A stretch of 64,000 nt of DNA from Anthoceros angustus. Taxonomy: Eukaryota > Plantae > Anthocerotophyta. The stretch covers positions 930,001 to 994,000 of the forward strand of contig MU008151.1 of the NCBI GenBank assembly GCA_010909165.1. The letters run 5' to 3'. The translations under genes were made by a program, and so were the position numbers. Below, piece by piece: positions 61,151 to 64,000 of this stretch (position 1 is its first letter; each line of letters opens with the position of its first letter). Below the pieces are notes generated by a model. That model was given only the letters and a program-made list of their open reading frames with translations, searched no databases and had not been told where the DNA came from.

Positions 61151-63683
61151 GCCGACATTATGGGCATGTGAATCTTTTCCTTCTGCGGCTCCACCTTGAA
61201 GTATTGGCCTCACAGCGGTGTGCCTTGCTCCCTCGTCAAGGACCCGAAGGTGATGAGTTTATCGGCTCTGTGGTGCCCATGTGTGGGAAGTGAGGCGGTG
61301 TGGACGATGCTCGCAGGCGGTGTTTATGAGGCGCAAGCAATGGACTTCTCGTGGGAAGATTGCAATTTAATCGACGTTGTGTGATCCTCATCTGTAATCA
61401 CCGCTCTGCAGATGAGGTCGAAAGGCACGGTGTATGTCCATTGCAGGAAAAGGAAAGGCAGAAGGGATTCAAGTGCTCGAAGCGGCCATAAAAGAGATCC
61501 AAATGGAGCGCCTACTACCACAAGTGTCAAGGCAAAGTTGACAATGCCTGATGAGTGTTATTCTTAGTTTGGTAGTTGGTAGCATGATGATTTTGGTCGC
61601 AACTTTATATCTCAAATGCAACATATTGTGTCAAGCTAAGCATGAAAGACTAAACAGAGAATTTTGGAAGATCCTCGAAACCATGCAACCTAAGTGATGC
61701 TTCCCTTCCGTCTGTGAGCTTCCCTTTGTTTCTCAACACAGGTGAAAGGTCGAGCTATTTGATCTTGTCCCTGTACTCGTCTTTGTTTCACAGTCCGAAT
61801 AAAGTTTGAGAAGGATGTCACGATATAGTTGTGAATTAGTAGTATGAGGGTCGTTAACGTGATACCTTCTTTTAGCTTGAACTGCACAATTGTGTCAGCA
61901 AAGGGTGCTCTTTTTTCGGTTCATGTTTCTCCCGGTTTCGGTCTCGCCTTATTCCCTCTCGGTGTTGGTCTCGCCTCGTTTGCCCTTGGTTCTGGCTATT
62001 GTTTTCCTCTCAATCTGGTACCTATTCCATGTTCCACATTCCCTTATCCCAGATATTATTCCCACCATAAGCTGACTAGCTAATTCTTTACTACCAAGCT
62101 AATGGCTGTCTCCATGAAACGTGGCCCCTTGGACACGCATATTTTCAAATACAACCATCGTCCCATTGTTCGAAATCATAGATTGTGCTATGAGCGGGAG
62201 CAAAACGAGCCAATAGGATGATCTCTCACCTAAATTCAAACATATGCCGATTATAGCCAAGGTCTGTGGGAATAGGAGATGATAGATGCGATTGGGAATT
62301 GTGTGGAGGATCTTGCCCTTATCAACTGTAGTGGATGACCTTGAGGGGCACAGCAAATGTATAAATCATTCAGGTTGTTAAGTTAAAGCTATGCAGAAGG
62401 TTGTTCAGTGGTCCATCTCTACTAGCATCTCTTATGTGTTGAGGCTAGCCCTTCAAAGTCTCGTGCTACTCATCACTTTGTATGTGTATCAGTTAGGAAA
62501 GTCTTGATTTCCAATTTGCTTGTGCAAGCCATTGTGCACATTGAGTTGTCCCGTGTACGCGTCAAGATTCAAGTCAAGCGTCGATGGTGTCTTTCCTTGT
62601 CCTACACAACAACATTGTAGACAACAGCGGCAACATTGTGCACCATCTGTATGCCGATATGAGTGCAGGTGTAGAAGGTACAACAACATATCTGAGGAAG
62701 AGCGTGGCCTAACCCTTGGATTATATTGTGGTTCAAACTTCGTGTATTTTAGATCATAATTCCTCATTCCTCTAACCTTCCTGTTTTATTTTCATATCAT
62801 ACTATCGTACTAGATGTAGCGAGACGTAGCTTAACGAGTTAATGTTTTTCAAGCAAACCATTATAAACAAATAAATTTATTTTTACTTTATTTTTTGAAT
62901 TAATATATTATAGTTAGGTATCATTTGTTAATGTAGACATGCCTAGTTGCGTACACATAGGGTTTGGCCTATTATTTAAGTATGTAGGTTTTTGTACACA
63001 AATTTCATATTTTCTAAGTTCTGTAATAACAAGATTGTGTTTACAACCAATGTGGAATTTATATCTATAGAAATGTTGAAGATGTTGAATCTACCAAAAA
63101 TTAAAGTCCTAAAGTTTAACTACAAACTCATTCAAAGTTTCAAAGTCTCGTGATCATCATTCATCTTTGATCGCGTTTAATTAATTAATTAATTTTTTAA
63201 TACATCCATGCCCATGCACAAGAATAGCTACCTATATAGCAAAGTTGTTCCATGAAATGAAGTTCCTCATACTAGTAACCTATGATATTTGATTGAGTTA
63301 CGTAATCCTTTTCAATCTATTTATAAAGTTTTGATGTATTTAGAGCCCTTTACAAACAACTAAAATGCACATAAGCTTTAAAGGCGTTTTTTAGATTTAA
63401 AATCTGTTGCGGGAAGAGACCTAGACTCTAGGCTTGAGTTGAGCTGCCCCGAGTCTACCATTACAACAAGTGAGGTGGCCTTCGCTTCCTACACTCCTGG
63501 CATCCCAAACGCGGTTTGGCAGCTGTGTTAGGAGACTCGGCTCGCATCGTCGCGATCGGATCGAAGGAGTCGGGGAAGGGCTGGCCAAGGTTGGGGAAGG
63601 CAAGGCAAGGTAGCAGGGACGGGTGCGAGGCGGGCTGTCAGGGCTTCGCAGGTTGCTGCTTTCAGCAGCAGCGGGGGGGCTGA

Positions 63684-63915
63684 ATGGAAAGCCTGGCCCT
63701 CGGTTGTGGTGGTGGGAGGCCAGGTCAGTGGAGTGACTCCCTCATTGGGGCAGCTTGACCTCACGTGATGCCTCTTTGTTTGCTGGTTTCCAGCTTGGTG
63801 CGCGTCTAGAATTCTGGTTCCTCTGACTCTGACTTTTTAACCTCGCAACAGAGTTCTGGAAAGTCGTCTGTGCTGGAGAGCATCGTGGGAAGGGACTTCT
63901 CCCCTCGAGGCTCAG
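63684..63915 (+). pseudogene. DRP1: Dynamin-related protein DRP1, exons 1-2 (63684-63723, 63852-63915); exon 1 internally deleted; continues off the right edge
   Basis: MESL.../PSVVVVGGQ, GT-AG intron 63724-63851, then SSGKSSVLESIVGRDFSPRGSG|GT: dynamin G1 motif and DRP1-type exon layout. Confidence 0.85.
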
Positions 63916-64000
63916 GTGTGCATCTTCTCTTACACTGGATCACGGACGTGGACAGATCGAATTAGATGCAGGTTGGATCTAAAATGCATCTTTTCATGCT

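Noticed and set aside
61690-62770. Possible degenerate retroelement gag fragment
   Set aside because: No diagnostic motif identified with confidence.

Overview
Eukaryotic, most likely non-seed land plant DNA: short GT-AG introns, many PLS-class PPR fragments and expanded TORNADO1-like genes. Abundant PLS-PPRs argue against editing-free Marchantia; hornwort, lycophyte, fern or moss is an inference. The consensus looks like an indel-rich long-read assembly, so many frameshifts may be artefacts. The window is a tandemly duplicated cluster of TORNADO1-like Roco genes (LRR-Roc-COR). There are two near full-length copies (2154-6446 and 50002-54297), a truncated 5' copy, two inverted N-terminal fragments and several C-terminal fragments, interleaved with PPR and TPM-domain gene fragments and a repeated ~100-nt foldback. 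The two long copies are almost identical in Roc-COR but differ by clustered amino-acid changes at exposed LRR beta-strand positions, and the fragments are recombinant mosaics, which resembles an immune-receptor cluster. A ~30.7 kb insertion (17281-48016) splits the cluster. Its empty site survives in the paralogous segment at 49289-49296, it has an apparent 8-bp target duplication (TCCATGGC) and short imperfect TIRs, and it holds inverted repeat arrays and a nested Ty3/Gypsy element. Also present: a LINE 5' end at the left edge, a ~1.1 kb foldback element and the 5' end of a DRP1 dynamin gene at the right edge.
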